DNA of 63,849 nucleotides, the filler included, from Barthelona sp. PAP020 (lineage: Eukaryota): assembly GCA_040182905.1 (NCBI GenBank). It is 4 parts of 4 records of this genome, joined end to end, with 100 filler letters (N's around TTAATTAATTAA, not from the genome) between each part and the next. Parts side by side here need not be neighbours in the genome. Positions count along the whole stretch, not along the records: positions 53,239 to 63,849 come from JARQWU010000395.1; 3 more parts are not named here. The stretch is one strand, 5' to 3'. The notes beneath the pieces were generated by a model. The model ran no database searches, was not told the origin of the DNA, and saw nothing but the letters and a program-made list of their open reading frames with translations. Below are positions 61,178-63,849 of the stretch, one piece after another. Within the stretch, counting starts at the first letter, position 1. Every line of letters starts with the position of its first letter. The position numbers and the translations under genes were made by a program.

Positions 61178-62112
61178 TAAACACCAAACACGAATAAAAG
61201 AGGTCTTTAAGCATTTATTCTTACTGTCCTGTGAATCATTGAGGTATTATGCAACCATTGAAGGAAGCTTAGATTAATCAAAAAAGAAGAGTTCCTCCTT
61301 GAAAGGTGTTCATTTTGTCCTACCTTCTATTTAATTAAAACTGGGCTTTATCTTTTGTTGCACGATAATTTTACATGTGATAGCCAGAAAGAATATCAAA
61401 TTCATTCAAAATTTGATGAAACAGAAATGTTTGAATATTCTCACAAACATTAACACATCGTTAATACATTTTTTTTGTATCATTCATACTTTAATTTCTT
61501 GACTTTGAAATAGACTGCTCCAGTTATGAAATAATTTTGGTTTAAAAAGCACAAAACTAAACCAATTTGCTTAATTACCTGTTACCAACATCAAGCAACT
61601 GGAAATAAATGTTATTAGTGGAAATTGATTCAGTTTCGTCAGTTTTCCTTTAAATGAGGCTGAAAAGTCACAAACAAACATAATAGTGTTCTTTCTCCTT
61701 TCACTAGCTCAGTTCTTCTGGCAAAAATAATATTCAACAAAACGAGAAAGATTTCTGCTCCCACTGATAATTCTCTGCAGAAATACTGTCATACTAAAAC
61801 CAATGTGAATCAGAGTTCAAACACAACAAGAGTTGGCAAACGTATCAAGGATCTTTCATCTGAAGAAATATGCCCAAAGTTGGCTTTAAAGCTCTCAATT
61901 TGACATAAATAACAAAATTAATAATAGAGCTTTACAAAAGTACAGTTATAAAACAGATACCTAAACGAAACAAACACGGAACATTTATCACGTCTCTAAT
62001 AAATAAAACTTGGAACAAAAAAACACTAAACACGAACAATAACATGTTGAAATCATCTCTATCATGAGATGTTTAATGAAAGATTAAGTGTTGCCAAAAG
62101 GAAAGCACTGTA

Positions 62113-63849
62113 TTAATTGTAGAAGAGTTGCAGAAGCTCTACAATTTGGGTATGACCATTGGTTCGAGCAATATCTATTGGGGTCAATCCTTGATCAGTT
62201 TTGAGGTTGACATTGGCCCCATGATCCAAGAGCATTTTGATGATGCCGAGATGTCCATGTTCACAACTGCCATATAATGGAGAAGCACCATCATTCATAC
62301 ACAAATTAACATCAGCGCCATGGTCCAAGAGCATTTTGGCAACATCAAGATGACCATTATAACAACTGATGTACAATGAAGAAACACCATCATTCACACA
62401 CAAATTAACATCAATGCCATGATCCAAGAGCATTCTGGCAACATCAAGATGACCATTGTAACAACAAACATATAATGGAGAAGCACCATCATTCTCACAC
62501 AAATTAACATCAGCCCCATGATCCAAGAGCATTTTAGCAACATCAAGATGACCATTGTAACAACTAATTAACAATGGAGACCACCCATCATTCATACATA
62601 AACTAACATTAGCGCCATGATCCAAGAGCATTTTGGCAACATTAAGATGACCTTTTTCACAACTAATAAACAATGGAGACCACCCATCATTCTTACACAA
62701 ATTAACAGCAGCTCCATGATCCAAGAGCATTTTGGCAACATCAAGATGACCCATTTGACAACTTACGTACAATGCAGAAGTACCATACTCATTACACAAA
62801 TTAACATCAGCCCCATGATCCAAGAGCATTTTGGCAACATCAAGATCACTTTTTTGACAACTAATATCCAATGGAGAAAATCCAAGATGATTACACAAAT
62901 TAACATCTGCTCCAAAATCCAAGAGCATTTTGGTAACATCAAGATGATCATTGTAACAACTGACGAGCAATGGAGACCACCTATCATTCATACACAAATT
63001 AACAGCAGCTCCATGATCCAAGAGCATTTTGGCAACATCATAATGACCTCTTTCACAACTGACATACAATGCAGAAGCACCATCATTCGTACACAAATTA
63101 ACATCAGCGCCATGGTCCAAGAGCATTTTCGCAACATCAAGATGACCATTTTGACAACTAATATATAATGGAGAATATCCATCAACATCACACAAATTAA
63201 CATCTGCTCCAAAATCCAAGAGCATTTTGGCAACATTAAGATGACCATTGTAACAACTGACGAGCATTGGAGAAGCAACATTATTCTTACACAAATTAAT
63301 ATCAGCGCCATGATCCAAGAGCATTTCGGCGACATCAAGATGTGCATGTTTACAACTGCCATACAATGGAGACCTCCCATCATTCATACACAAATTAACA
63401 TCAGCGCCATGATCCAAGAGCATTTTGGCAACATCAAGATGACCCATTTGACAACTGATGTCCAATGGAGACCATCCATCATTCGTACACAAACTAACAT
63501 CAGCCCTAAAATCCAACAAAAACTCAACAACCTTGATACGCCCATAAAAAGCAGCCTCATACAACAATGTCCTTCCTGCCTTACCCTGTTTGTTCACATA
63601 AAAACCAGATTTGATACACTGCTTGACAACTTTCAGGTTACCATACATTGTGGCCTGATAAATCTCGGATAAACCCCTATACACATAGAACCCATTTGGA
63701 ACAACAATTTGATCCATATCATGTTTAACATAAGGGCCAATGACAGTATGTATTGTGTCAACAAGCATCTTTAGATAATCAGTAATCAACTCGAATGACG
63801 GACGTTTGGCAGGATCTTTATCCAAACACAACTTTACAATACCATGACC
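62113..63849 (-). CDS. Protein kinase (C-terminal end only) fused to ~16 ankyrin repeats; 5' part lies outside the window
   Basis: CLDKDPAKRPSF (kinase subdomain XI), then 33-aa repeats G.SPL..SC..GHLDVAKMLLDHGADVN. Confidence 0.92.
   Translation of the reverse strand, partial: GHGIVKLCLDKDPAKRPSFELITDYLKMLVDTIHTVIGPYVKHDMDQIVVPNGFYVYRGLSEIYQATMYGNLKVVKQCIKSGFYVNKQGKAGRTLLYEAAFYGRIKVVEFLLDFRADVSLCTNDGWSPLDISCQMGHLDVAKMLLDHGADVNLCMNDGRSPLYGSCKHAHLDVAEMLLDHGADINLCKNNVASPMLVSCYNGHLNVAKMLLDFGADVNLCDVDGYSPLYISCQNGHLDVAKMLLDHGADVNLCTNDGASALYVSCERGHYDVAKMLLDHGAAVNLCMNDRWSPLLVSCYNDHLDVTKMLLDFGADVNLCNHLGFSPLDISCQKSDLDVAKMLLDHGADVNLCNEYGTSALYVSCQMGHLDVAKMLLDHGAAVNLCKNDGWSPLFISCEKGHLNVAKMLLDHGANVSLCMNDGWSPLLISCYNGHLDVAKMLLDHGADVNLCENDGASPLYVCCYNGHLDVARMLLDHGIDVNLCVNDGVSSLYISCYNGHLDVAKMLLDHGADVNLCMNDGASPLYGSCEHGHLGIIKMLLDHGANVNLKTDQGLTPIDIARTNGHTQIVELLQLFYN
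62190..63570 (-). repeat. 99-bp tandem ankyrin-coding array
   Basis: Recurring ATCCAAGAGCATTTTGGCAACATCAAGATGACC (+ strand) every 99 nt. Confidence 0.95.

Noticed and set aside
62190..63672. CRISPR-like periodic repeats and repetitive opposite-strand ORFs
   Set aside because: The 99-bp period is in-frame ankyrin coding sequence, there are no unique spacers, and the context is eukaryotic.
1..63849. tRNA, rRNA or telomeric repeats
   Set aside because: None recognised by eye; tRNAscan-SE and Infernal would be needed to exclude divergent ones.

Overview
AT-rich, very gene-dense, intron-poor eukaryotic DNA in the standard genetic code (TAA, TAG and TGA all end long genes). It is most likely a flagellated protist, given Rab23 and a DNAJB13-like gene. 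The window joins four contigs with artificial 100-nt linkers (N44-TTAATTAATTAA-N44 at 17655, 35442 and 53139), so adjacency across these points is not biological. Most genes are housekeeping: DGAT2, dynein intermediate chain, RPN1, condensin HEAT subunit, Myb/Reb1-like, LMBR1, Vps2, DYRK, Rev7, Rab23, Xaa-Pro aminopeptidase, DHHC, UBX, TLDc, Ac45-like, CLC, Ars2-like, RasGAP, P2 and DnaJ. Three ~40-nt GT-AG introns can be read directly. The most unusual region is an accessory island at ~31.1-34.6 kb. It has a ~300-nt hairpin-rich element with complementary ends (second copy at 60.7-61.0 kb, duplicated with the 3' end of the neighbouring gene), an interrupted orphan gene with an alpha-pore-forming-toxin-like motif, and a remnant of an RLE-type non-LTR retrotransposon. 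Other oddities are a CLC lacking the canonical coupling residues, a multi-TM DEK1-like calpain without its catalytic triad, an Rpa14-like small protein, and a kinase-ankyrin gene with DARPin-like variable positions. All family calls come from motif recognition by eye; no searches were run.
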